Shown piece by piece: positions 27,840 to 35,455 of a stretch of DNA of 51,589 nt. The stretch's first letter is position 1, and every line of letters begins with the position of its first letter. Position numbers and translations under genes: made by a program. The notes under the pieces were generated by a model that searched no databases, was not told the DNA's origin, and was given only the letters and a program-made list of their open reading frames with translations. Source of the DNA: a virus (taxonomy: Duplodnaviria > Caudoviricetes); IMG/VR virus record IMGVR_UViG_3300033141_002903, positions 1 to 51,589 of that record; one strand, 5' to 3'.

Positions 27840-28424
27840 TTATTTTTCACAAGAGATATTCAAACTTATTAATTCTCCTTCTATTTTGGCATGAGAGTGG
27901 TCATCATATTTTCCCCATTCAACTTCAGAATGCTTCCATGGTTCTATTCTTTTAAACCCAATAAACCTAAGCAAATCCCCAAGTCTAGCATAATCATAAA
28001 CTGTTTTATGATAAATTATTTTTTTATTTGATTCCATTCTCCCATATAGTGGTCCAAGAAATTTATGTAATGGAACGCCCTTTAAATAAAGTTCAGAAAT
28101 TTTCTTAAAATCTGGAACAGAAAGATAAATTTTCCCACCTTCTTTCAATGCATATTTCCAAAATAGAAGCAATCGAATAACTTCTCTTTCATCAAAATAT
28201 TCCAAGAAATGACTAGCATATATTAAATCAACTGTATTAGTTTTAATATTAGTAAGATAAATATCGTCTGAATGAATGTGATTAAATTTGGCAATATCAA
28301 CATTATACCACCCCTTCCAATTTCTTTTTCCACAACCCATGTGTATTTTCATTTTTCTCATTCTCTTTGATATATTTATATCATCTAATCTAATTATCTT
28401 GTGTGTTTTTTTGATTTTTGTCAT
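27840..28424 (-). CDS. SAM-dependent methyltransferase
   Basis: 'KIHMGCG..GWYNVD', 'IYASHFLEY', 'LKEGG..LSVPD'; the true start may be downstream. Confidence 0.85.
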   Translation of the reverse strand: MTKIKKTHKIIRLDDINISKRMRKMKIHMGCGKRNWKGWYNVDIAKFNHIHSDDIYLTNIKTNTVDLIYASHFLEYFDEREVIRLLLFWKYALKEGGKIYLSVPDFKKISELYLKGVPLHKFLGPLYGRMESNKKIIYHKTVYDYARLGDLLRFIGFKRIEPWKHSEVEWGKYDDHSHAKIEGELISLNISCEK

Positions 28425-28433
28425 GTTAGTTTA

Positions 28434-28504
28434 TTGGTCTGCGTGGAATTGAACCACGACTAAAGGGTTATGAGCCCAGTGTGCTACCTTTACACTACAG
28501 ACCA
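28434..28504 (-). tRNA. tRNA-Met(CAT), initiator-like, no encoded CCA
   Basis: TGGTCTG/CAGACCA acceptor stem; GTGT/GCAC D stem; CTCATAA anticodon loop with GGG/CCC; CGTGG-TTCAATT-CCACG T arm. Confidence 0.85.
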
Positions 28505-28528
28505 TTTCTTGTTTCATTTTCTAAAAAT

Positions 28529-28644
28529 GTCAGCGTGAGTATCCTCTCCAAACAGGCATACGCTATTGTAATTTTCTTCCCCTGTGGAGATTCGTGTCTC
28601 CAGATAAACCCCCAATAGCAAAGATTTATCCTTTTTTCGCTGAC
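28529..28644 (-). ncRNA. Putative structured RNA immediately upstream of the tRNA
   Basis: Nested stems GUCAGCG/CGCUGAC, GCUAUUG/CAAUAGC, UGGAGA/UCUCCA, GUAU/AUAC. Confidence 0.4.
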
Positions 28645-28815
28645 TATTTGGTACATCTTGGTATATTGAGGTACATTGCTAATTTAATTCGTTTTCTCTA
28701 ACTTTTTTGTCCGAAATCATCTGAAGTGTGTAGTTTTTGAAAATGTTAAGCATATTCTATTAACTTCCAAAAAAGATTATCCTCCTTTATTTTACATTTC
28801 TCTGGATGTTCTTTT

Positions 28816-29097
28816 TCATCTAACTCTTTCTGAACATCCTTTCTTGAATATAACTTTTTTGGGTATCTTATTATTTTCATTTTCATTTTCTTTCCATACT
28901 TGTTCAAAAGAAACATCTTCTCCTTTTCCTTTTCTAAAAAATGTTTCAGCTACCCGCCACAAAACTGCATCTGAAGACATTATTGGTTGTTGTTTTGCAA
29001 GACTAATATCTTTAGAACATTTTCTACACAAACATCCTTTTGAACAACCCATAATTCCTCCTGTTATTTTTTGTTGGCATAATTTACAATTTGTCAT
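28816..29097 (-). CDS. Cys-rich (Zn-finger-like) hypothetical protein
   Basis: CKLC...CLCRKC; GGGAG before MTNC. Confidence 0.6.
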   Translation of the reverse strand: MTNCKLCQQKITGGIMGCSKGCLCRKCSKDISLAKQQPIMSSDAVLWRVAETFFRKGKGEDVSFEQVWKENENENNKIPKKVIFKKGCSERVR

Positions 29098-29260
29098 TAG
29101 TTTCTCCCAACTTTGGAGCAAAATCCAAAATTTCGTTTAATATTGGGATTAAGGAGAGTTTTTACAGAGTAAAAATTCGGGCAGTCGTTAGACTGCTCTT
29201 TAATCCATATTAAACTCTCCGTAGGAAAACCCGAAGGGTTTAGTTCCGTCCCAAATCGTT

Positions 29261-29524
29261 TCATATTAATCGCCTATTTACTTTAATTTTGTCCATAATC
29301 TTTAGATTTTTTCCAGTTTCATAAGGTATAACAAATGATTCATCAACACCAAAATTGGAAACAGTAATTCTTAAACTAATGGGGAGATGTTTTCCTCCCA
29401 CAAAAATTTGGGTTTGTTCAACATTTATCCCAGTTATTACATTTTCTGTTTCAAATTCCAGTTTCTCATTTGTTCTATTGAAAAATCTTTTCTCTTCTTT
29501 TTGGACACTGACTTTTTTGCTCAT
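29261..29524 (-). CDS. Hypothetical protein looped out of junction 1
   Basis: AGGAGG SD; enclosed by the 29242-29257/29562-29577 stem. Confidence 0.7.
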   Translation of the reverse strand: MSKKVSVQKEEKRFFNRTNEKLEFETENVITGINVEQTQIFVGGKHLPISLRITVSNFGVDESFVIPYETGKNLKIMDKIKVNRRLI

Positions 29525-29698
29525 TTTAAACCTCCTGAGTTTAGCTGAACCCCGCCCACAAGATTTGGGACGGAATTGAGTTTAATGTATGCGGATAAGT
29601 TCTCCGTAAGGAAAAAATCCGCAGGATTTTTAGTTTTATGAGCGAAGCGAATAAAATTGAATTTATCCGCTATTATGTTCCCTGCATTAGCAGGTTGA

Positions 29699-29848
29699 TT
29701 AATCGGCATCATCATCTTTACCTTCTATTTTTAACCAATTCTTAGCATTCTCTTTATCAAATATATCTTCAAACCCTTGATTATTCCTTATCTGATTTTT
29801 TAAATCTTGTATCTCAAATTCATTTTCTGGTTCTTTCCACATTTTCAT
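29699..29848 (-). CDS. 49-aa acidic protein looped out of junction 3, missed by the ORF track
   Basis: AAGGAGGT SD; MKMWKEPENEFEIQDLK...DDDAD*; the stop codon lies inside the stem. Confidence 0.65.
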   Translation of the reverse strand: MKMWKEPENEFEIQDLKNQIRNNQGFEDIFDKENAKNWLKIEGKDDDAD

Positions 29849-30021
29849 TACCTCCTTATAGCCGATTAATCAAAGTTTTCCGTCAGGAAAATTGAACATA
29901 ATATCTGCGATTATGGAAAGTTTGTCGTTAAACAAATTTGGGGAGTTCGTTAGAACTCCTCTATAATCGCTATTAATCGCCCCGTAGGGCGTTGCGTAGC
30001 AACGAGTAAAGGAGAGTGCGG

Positions 30022-30342
30022 TCATTCTTCCCCCCTACATTTTTTTAAATGGGCGTAAAGTTTTGGAGCAGTTTCACAATCTCTTTCTTCATCATATAGT
30101 TTCATTAAAGTATCCCATTCTTCTGCAATTCCTTTCCAAATAGGATATTTCTTTGATAAATCAATTATTAAATCTCTGACTTTATGTTTATGATATTCTA
30201 AACAATCAAATAATAAATGAATACATCTCTGAAAGTCAGATGGGTCTCTTGGAATTGCAGGTCTTTCTTTTTCAATACCTAAGATAAATGAAACTATTGT
30301 TAAACTGCTTTCTCCATAATCAGACCATTTAATTTTTTCCAT
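30022..30342 (-). CDS. Phage-type hypothetical protein looped out of junction 4
   Basis: 'GESSLTI...PRDPSDFQRC..LL...W' pattern; its SD (AAAGGAG) lies within the closing stem. Confidence 0.75.
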   Translation of the reverse strand: MEKIKWSDYGESSLTIVSFILGIEKERPAIPRDPSDFQRCIHLLFDCLEYHKHKVRDLIIDLSKKYPIWKGIAEEWDTLMKLYDEERDCETAPKLYAHLKKCRGEE

Positions 30343-30420
30343 TTTACAAGCACTCTCCTTTATTGCGATTAATACCCTTTAATCGAACTTTCCACATGAA
30401 GTCTTGGTTAAGTTTATTTA

Positions 30421-30573
30421 TCATTTTTTATTTAATTTAATTTTACTTAATCTAAGTTTCATTTTTATATAGCATCCAGCAGGACTATTATCATAATACA
30501 TTCCTCTTGTTTTATTGCATGTGTTTGAGTTTGCATCATAATTCTCACAAGTTTTCCAATATTTGCATTTCAT
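30421..30573 (-). CDS. Small Cys-rich protein
   Basis: MKCKYWKTC..., coupled by ATGA to the upstream gene. Confidence 0.55.
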   Translation of the reverse strand: MKCKYWKTCENYDANSNTCNKTRGMYYDNSPAGCYIKMKLRLSKIKLNKK

Positions 30574-30821
30574 TCTAACTCCTTAAATCCTGCTTTTTGT
30601 TTGATTATCTCTCTATCAACCATATAACTAACCTTAACATTTCTTTCATTAATTAAATCTAAAATATCTTGTGGTAAATCATTTAGTTTAATGCAAGATA
30701 AATCTGAATCTAAAATTTCTTTAAAGCATTGTTTAACGTCTTCTTCATAATATGCTGTATTATAATCTCGGCTGTTTGGGTCTAATTCAAATCCTTTTTC
30801 ACTCAATGTTTTTTCTTTCAT
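30570..30821 (-). CDS. Hypothetical protein, paralogue of 32906..33262
   Basis: Shares TLSEK, DVKQ..KEILD and IIKQKAGFKELE. Confidence 0.7.
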   Translation of the reverse strand: MKEKTLSEKGFELDPNSRDYNTAYYEEDVKQCFKEILDSDLSCIKLNDLPQDILDLINERNVKVSYMVDREIIKQKAGFKELE

Positions 30822-30979
30822 TCTATTTTCCATTTGACATTTCTTAATTTATCCAATACACCATCTTTATTTGTTAAAATATTATAAGTAATTTCAAATG
30901 CTTTTAGTACTTCTTTTACTTTTTCAAAGTCCCTCATATTATTAAATTCTTCTTCAGTTGCTAATTTTATTTTATTCAT
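30818..30979 (-). CDS. Small hypothetical protein
   Basis: MNKIKLATEEE..., coupled to its neighbours. Confidence 0.5.
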   Translation of the reverse strand: MNKIKLATEEEFNNMRDFEKVKEVLKAFEITYNILTNKDGVLDKLRNVKWKIE

Positions 30980-31223
30980 GTTTCAACTCCTCCACATTTT
31001 GTTTTATTTCCTCGGTTACATTCATTAAAATTAATCCATAACCAATATTTTCTATCTCACTACAAAATTTTGTTTCTGTGTCTATTATTTCCTCCCATAC
31101 ACTTCCAATATATCCTTGAAAAAATAAATTAAGTAAATGTTCTAACCAAAATGGATTTACAATTATTCCTACAGCGATGTTACTATCTGGAAATTCTTTA
31201 AATTTTGGTATTTCTATTTTCAT
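30972..31223 (-). CDS. Hypothetical protein
   Basis: Coupled ORF. Confidence 0.6.
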   Translation of the reverse strand: MKIEIPKFKEFPDSNIAVGIIVNPFWLEHLLNLFFQGYIGSVWEEIIDTETKFCSEIENIGYGLILMNVTEEIKQNVEELKHE

Positions 31224-31717
31224 TCTAACTCTATGAAATTGTTATGTCCGCAGACACGACATTTAAAATATTTTACCTTTCTATTTGAGTTTTCCAATAT
31301 CTTTCTAATGGAATGCTGGAGCATTGATACTCCTCTTGGTGTGTCTCCACGTAAATATATAAGGGTGGGGCTAAGGAAATCCCTTTCCAGCATACCCAAG
31401 TTATACGCCATGTATAAGTATTTACTTTTACATTGTTTATCAAGGTTACTTAAATAAAAACCAAAACGAGAATAATTCAATCCATAAAATCCAAGTGTTA
31501 ACATGTTTAAGATTTTAAATTTCTTAGAATTCTTAATTTCCTTATATCTTTTGTATAAATTATCTAAAACCTCTCCACACAATTTATCTTTTTTCTTTGT
31601 TTCTTCCAATAACTTCTCATACTTCGCTATTAGTTCTTTGTTTTTCCTAATATTCTTTAATCTTGCATCATTTATTGCATTACAATTTTTACATATTATT
31701 TTCATCTTAATCATCAA
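31220..31717 (-). CDS. Split zinc-ribbon protein
   Basis: CKNC at the N-terminus and CRVC at the C-terminus. Confidence 0.6.
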   Translation of the reverse strand: MMIKMKIICKNCNAINDARLKNIRKNKELIAKYEKLLEETKKKDKLCGEVLDNLYKRYKEIKNSKKFKILNMLTLGFYGLNYSRFGFYLSNLDKQCKSKYLYMAYNLGMLERDFLSPTLIYLRGDTPRGVSMLQHSIRKILENSNRKVKYFKCRVCGHNNFIELE

Positions 31718-31895
31718 GCATCTTAAGTGATTTAGGTATTTTAATGTTAAGTCTTATCCTTTTCGCATTATCCCATCTTATTCTTTCAAAACACCTTCCA
31801 CATACAGGATATGTTCTAATGTATCCAACAGCTTTTCTATCACACATGGAACATTTTACTTTTTTTTTAAATAGTATTGGTTTATTTTTTTCCAT
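31707..31895 (-). CDS. Small Zn-finger protein
   Basis: CSMC...CGRC; likely start MEKNK. Confidence 0.55.
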   Translation of the reverse strand: MEKNKPILFKKKVKCSMCDRKAVGYIRTYPVCGRCFERIRWDNAKRIRLNIKIPKSLKMLDD

Positions 31896-32151
31896 ATTTG
31901 CTCCTGCATTCATAACATTTAACATAAAATTTAATTTGTTTGAATTTCCTCTTTCCATCAGGATAAATAATTGTTGGATTAACTTTCTTACCGCAATCAA
32001 TACATAAACCCCTCTTTTTCCTAAATTCTACCACTTCTTTTCTTTTACGTTTATAATAACAAGATGTGCATAAACCACTTTTATTTGTTGGAGAAAGATT
32101 TCTTATTTTGCATTCAGAGCAAACTTTCCTTTTACTTGTAGTCCTTGCCAT
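31882..32151 (-). CDS. Zn-finger protein, first gene of the leftward arm
   Basis: Four CxxC pairs. Confidence 0.65.
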   Translation of the reverse strand: MARTTSKRKVCSECKIRNLSPTNKSGLCTSCYYKRKRKEVVEFRKKRGLCIDCGKKVNPTIIYPDGKRKFKQIKFYVKCYECRSKYGKK

Positions 32152-32268
32152 AAAAAGAGAAAAGACTTGCCTTTAAAAGAATTTCTAATCATATTAAAGT
32201 GATAACAATTAAATTATTAATTCTATAGTTAATACAAACATTTAAATAATCAATTTTAGTTTATTTTT

Positions 32269-32451
32269 ATGGTTACATTAAATCAAATAAGAAAAGAGAT
32301 TAATCAAATTGAGTTACTTATCGTCGCTACGTTTTGTGCAAATATAGGAATAATTATAGAGTTAAATACTAAAAAAATAATAAGTGAATTTTTTGGATTG
32401 CTTTTAATATTAATCGGGGTGGGTGTTTATTTTACTAAAAAAGGTAGTTAA
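32269..32451 (+). CDS. Small two-TM membrane protein
   Basis: Two hydrophobic stretches; TTTAAATA about 20 nt upstream. Confidence 0.55.
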   Translation: MVTLNQIRKEINQIELLIVATFCANIGIIIELNTKKIISEFFGLLLILIGVGVYFTKKGS

Positions 32452-32455
32452 AAAA

Positions 32456-32902
32456 ATGAAAATAGATTTTAACGAAGTTGCTGAAGAAATAAAAAAACTG
32501 AATGAAAAGGAAAAGACAAAAGGAATTTGTCCTATATGTAATAAAAAGCTCCCAGAAGATTCCCACCCTGCTAGAAAATATCACCCAGAATGTTCTATAA
32601 AGGTAGCCAAAGCAAGAATGAGAATTTGCAGTAGAAAATATGGGTTGGATAAAAATCAAAAGAAAAGGATTTGGATATACAATATGATAAAGAGAAATGA
32701 GGAAAATCCACAGTGCAATTATTTTCAAGGTGGTAGATGTGTAAGAAAATCTATAAAATTTGAGGGCATGCTTTTTTATCCACATGGTGGAAAGTGTGAA
32801 TTTAAACCAAGAGATAAATGTCCATCTTTTAAACCAAAATATCCAGATATTTATGAATTAATTAAAAAAATAAAGAAAAATGAAAACAAAACAACTAATT
32901 GA
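32456..32902 (+). CDS. Cys-rich Zn-binding protein
   Basis: CPIC...KYHPEC and further Cys. Confidence 0.6.
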   Translation: MKIDFNEVAEEIKKLNEKEKTKGICPICNKKLPEDSHPARKYHPECSIKVAKARMRICSRKYGLDKNQKKRIWIYNMIKRNEENPQCNYFQGGRCVRKSIKFEGMLFYPHGGKCEFKPRDKCPSFKPKYPDIYELIKKIKKNENKTTN

Positions 32903-32905
32903 AGA

Positions 32906-33262
32906 ATGAAAAAAGAAAATACTTTGAGTGAGAAAGAAATGAAAATGGGCAGACATTTAAGACCAGTTTACGCTAAAAAAGATGTCAAACAATTCATAAA
33001 AGAGATTTTAGATGAGATTGATAATTTAATTGAAGATAATAAAATAGATTTATTCCGTAAGAAGTTTGGTAAGAAAGTTTTTGGAAAATATGATTTTAGA
33101 TTTTTAATGGGATGTTCAAATTGTGTAGAGAACAAAAAAATGCTTAATGATTTAATGAAGGATAAAGAATTAATTTTGATACAGGAAAAGGCTCAATTAA
33201 AAATAATAAAAGAAATCAAACAAATAATTAAACAAAAAGCAGGATTTAAGGAGTTAGAATGA
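32906..33262 (+). CDS. Hypothetical protein, paralogue of 30570..30821
   Basis: Shared N- and C-terminal blocks. Confidence 0.7.
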   Translation: MKKENTLSEKEMKMGRHLRPVYAKKDVKQFIKEILDEIDNLIEDNKIDLFRKKFGKKVFGKYDFRFLMGCSNCVENKKMLNDLMKDKELILIQEKAQLKIIKEIKQIIKQKAGFKELE

Positions 33263-33477
33263 AAAAACTATATTACGACACAGAAGAATTGAAGGAATTG
33301 TTAGAGATGTTGAATCCAATAGAAGATTGGTATTTTTTTACTGACGGAGAAGATAGGATATTTCTTTATTTATTTTGTGGTTTAATGTCAATAGGAATTA
33401 CCTTGCTTTTTTGGTTATTCATACCAATACTTTTATTATTTCCAATTAAATTTACAAATAGAGCTGAAAGGAGGTAA
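33259..33477 (+). CDS. Small membrane protein
   Basis: Long hydrophobic stretch; ATGA coupling. Confidence 0.6.
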   Translation: MKKLYYDTEELKELLEMLNPIEDWYFFTDGEDRIFLYLFCGLMSIGITLLFWLFIPILLLFPIKFTNRAERR

Positions 33478-33482
33478 GTAAA

Positions 33483-33962
33483 ATGGAGAGATTGAAAATA
33501 AAGAGAACAACAAAATATGGTGTTGAATTGGTTGAGCCAAAGGAAGATGGAGGTCCTAATTATAGGAATACCACAGAAGCTGTTAGGAATTTTCTATCAA
33601 AACAATGTCCTTGTGAGGTAGAAGTTCAGGAAATGGAAGGAAATGAAATTAGCAGGGTTAAGGTTATAAATAAAGGGAATCAAGGACCCTTTAAACAAAC
33701 AGAAGTAATTCCTGCTGATAAATGTAGTGATGAAAACTCTTATTGGAATTGGAGAACAGATTTTGAATTGCAAAAGCAGAAAAAGATTGAACAACAATTC
33801 TATGAGAGAGAAGCCCTTAAAACAATTGAAATCGCCTTAAAGATGATTGAGTTAAATAATTCAATTCCAGAAAGGGAAAAGATTATTCCAACAGCATCAT
33901 CAATTTTGGATACAACCAAAGTATTGCAAGGAATTATTGAAGAAATAAAGAAAAAGGAGTAA
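33483..33962 (+). CDS. Hypothetical protein (beta-rich N-terminal domain; possibly ssDNA-binding)
   Basis: Strong AAGGAGGT SD; the function is speculative. Confidence 0.55.
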   Translation: MERLKIKRTTKYGVELVEPKEDGGPNYRNTTEAVRNFLSKQCPCEVEVQEMEGNEISRVKVINKGNQGPFKQTEVIPADKCSDENSYWNWRTDFELQKQKKIEQQFYEREALKTIEIALKMIELNNSIPEREKIIPTASSILDTTKVLQGIIEEIKKKE

Positions 33963-34901
33963 TATAATGGAGCGAGAACATCTTGAAATACTCCAAACAG
34001 CAATTTTCTTACTTGAGGGTGTATCTGATGCTGATTTAATGCTTAGATACAATCTTTTACATAGAAAGAAGAAAGCAGAAAAGATAGTGGATATTTTAAA
34101 AAGTTAATTTTTTTTGCATTTTTTTAGAATATTTTTTGCATTTTTTTTAGGATTTTTTTGAATTATGTCTTTGTTTCTTCTCTTGCTGTCATACTTTTTC
34201 ATATAAGGTATATTCAATTTATAATAATGCAATCTTTTTTAAGTTCTTCTTCGTTCATTCTAACACCCCATTTATTTTTAACTCATCAAATATATTTTTT
34301 AAATCACCCTCATCTAAAAAAATACTTGCTTTAAGTAAATTATTTACCTGATAATTAAGAGTAACCCCTCTTTCTTCTATTTCTATCCATAAGTCACGAT
34401 CACCTTTTATTTTAATAAAAATTATTTTGGATATGTTCATTTTAACAAATTTTACCCTCCTGTTTAGTTAAATAAATATTTATACAATCCTTTACACCCC
34501 CCCAACCAACCACATAAATATAATATAGTAAATATAATAAACCAAATAAAAAAGGGCTTTTTTTAAGAGAAAACCCTGAAACTCTTTTAATTTTAGAAAA
34601 GCCACTACTGACTATTAATGAATTTTCTTTTCTTGATTCTTTGTTTGTTTTTCTTATTGATTCGTTTATTTCTTTTTTTATTTCTTTTTTTAGTTCTTCA
34701 CATAACAACACCATTTTTAATCACCCTACCAGAATAAAAGACAGGGTATTTAAATAATTTTCTATTAACTTATTAATAGTTACAATCTTATAATTTTGAA
34801 GAAAAATCTGAAATTGAAGATTGGTTAAATGAAAATGTGGATAAATGGTATGAATAAGTTTAGTTACTAAACTTAAAAATTAAATTAGGAGGAAAAACAA
34901 G

Positions 34902-35198
34902 ATGTTAGCAAATGTTACACATATAGCAGATTTTAGTAGTGCTGTTGAGTTTTTTGAAGAACAACCTTATTTAACTTTAAATGGGCTTTGTGAATTGTTT
35001 AATTTAGAGTTAGATGATATAAAAGGTTATGCAGAAACTAATGAAGTAAGTAATGAAATGGCTATCTTTGAACTTCTTAATGAAAAAGGCATAAGTGATG
35101 AAGAAATGATTGAAGAAGTTTTGAAGAATGAGAAAGAAAGTTATTTTGTTACTTATAACGACACAACAGACGATTTTAGCGTTTATCGTATAGATTAA
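34902..35198 (+). CDS. Acidic hypothetical protein
   Basis: AGGAGG SD; very D/E-rich. Confidence 0.7.
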   Translation: MLANVTHIADFSSAVEFFEEQPYLTLNGLCELFNLELDDIKGYAETNEVSNEMAIFELLNEKGISDEEMIEEVLKNEKESYFVTYNDTTDDFSVYRID

Positions 35199-35421
35199 AG
35201 AATAGTTACTATTCTTAATAATTAAATAGGAGAAAATTGAAAATGAAAAAAGTAGATTTGGATTTAGAGTTTGAAAGGTGGAAACAAGACAACGAAGAAC
35301 ACCTTAGAGAGAAGTTTTTGGAAATCCATAACTTTCAAGAATATCTGGAAGAAGCGTGGAGAGAATACCAGAACGAAAATGGATTAATTGATAAATCCAA
35401 TATTTAAGGTTACTTATTAAG

Positions 35422-35455
35422 GGGTAGTTATAAAATTATAATAATGTAACTACCC
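35422..35455. promoter_or_regulatory. Palindromic operator-like site
   Basis: GGGTAGTTA-N16-TAACTACCC in AT-rich intergenic DNA. Confidence 0.5.

Larger units (their letters stand above)
29146..30374 (+). other. Array of six contiguous branched fold-back modules (four 4-way and two 3-way junctions), probably acting as ssDNA
   Basis: Pairings read directly from the sequence (see findings); cGNAg/cGNNAg loops; G.T wobbles on the + strand. Confidence 0.85.

Noticed and set aside
29521-29715. 64-aa ORF (-) and overlapping 29355..29579 ORF (+)
   Set aside because: Both run across the junction stems, have atypical composition and lack a clear SD. They are probably incidental, although the ATGA overlap at 29521 means the first cannot be fully excluded.
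29146-30374. CRISPR array, REP/BIME or classical integron
   Set aside because: There are no identical repeats with regular spacers, no RAYT or tyrosine recombinase gene recognised, and no attC RYYYAAC/GTTRRRY boundary pattern that I could establish.
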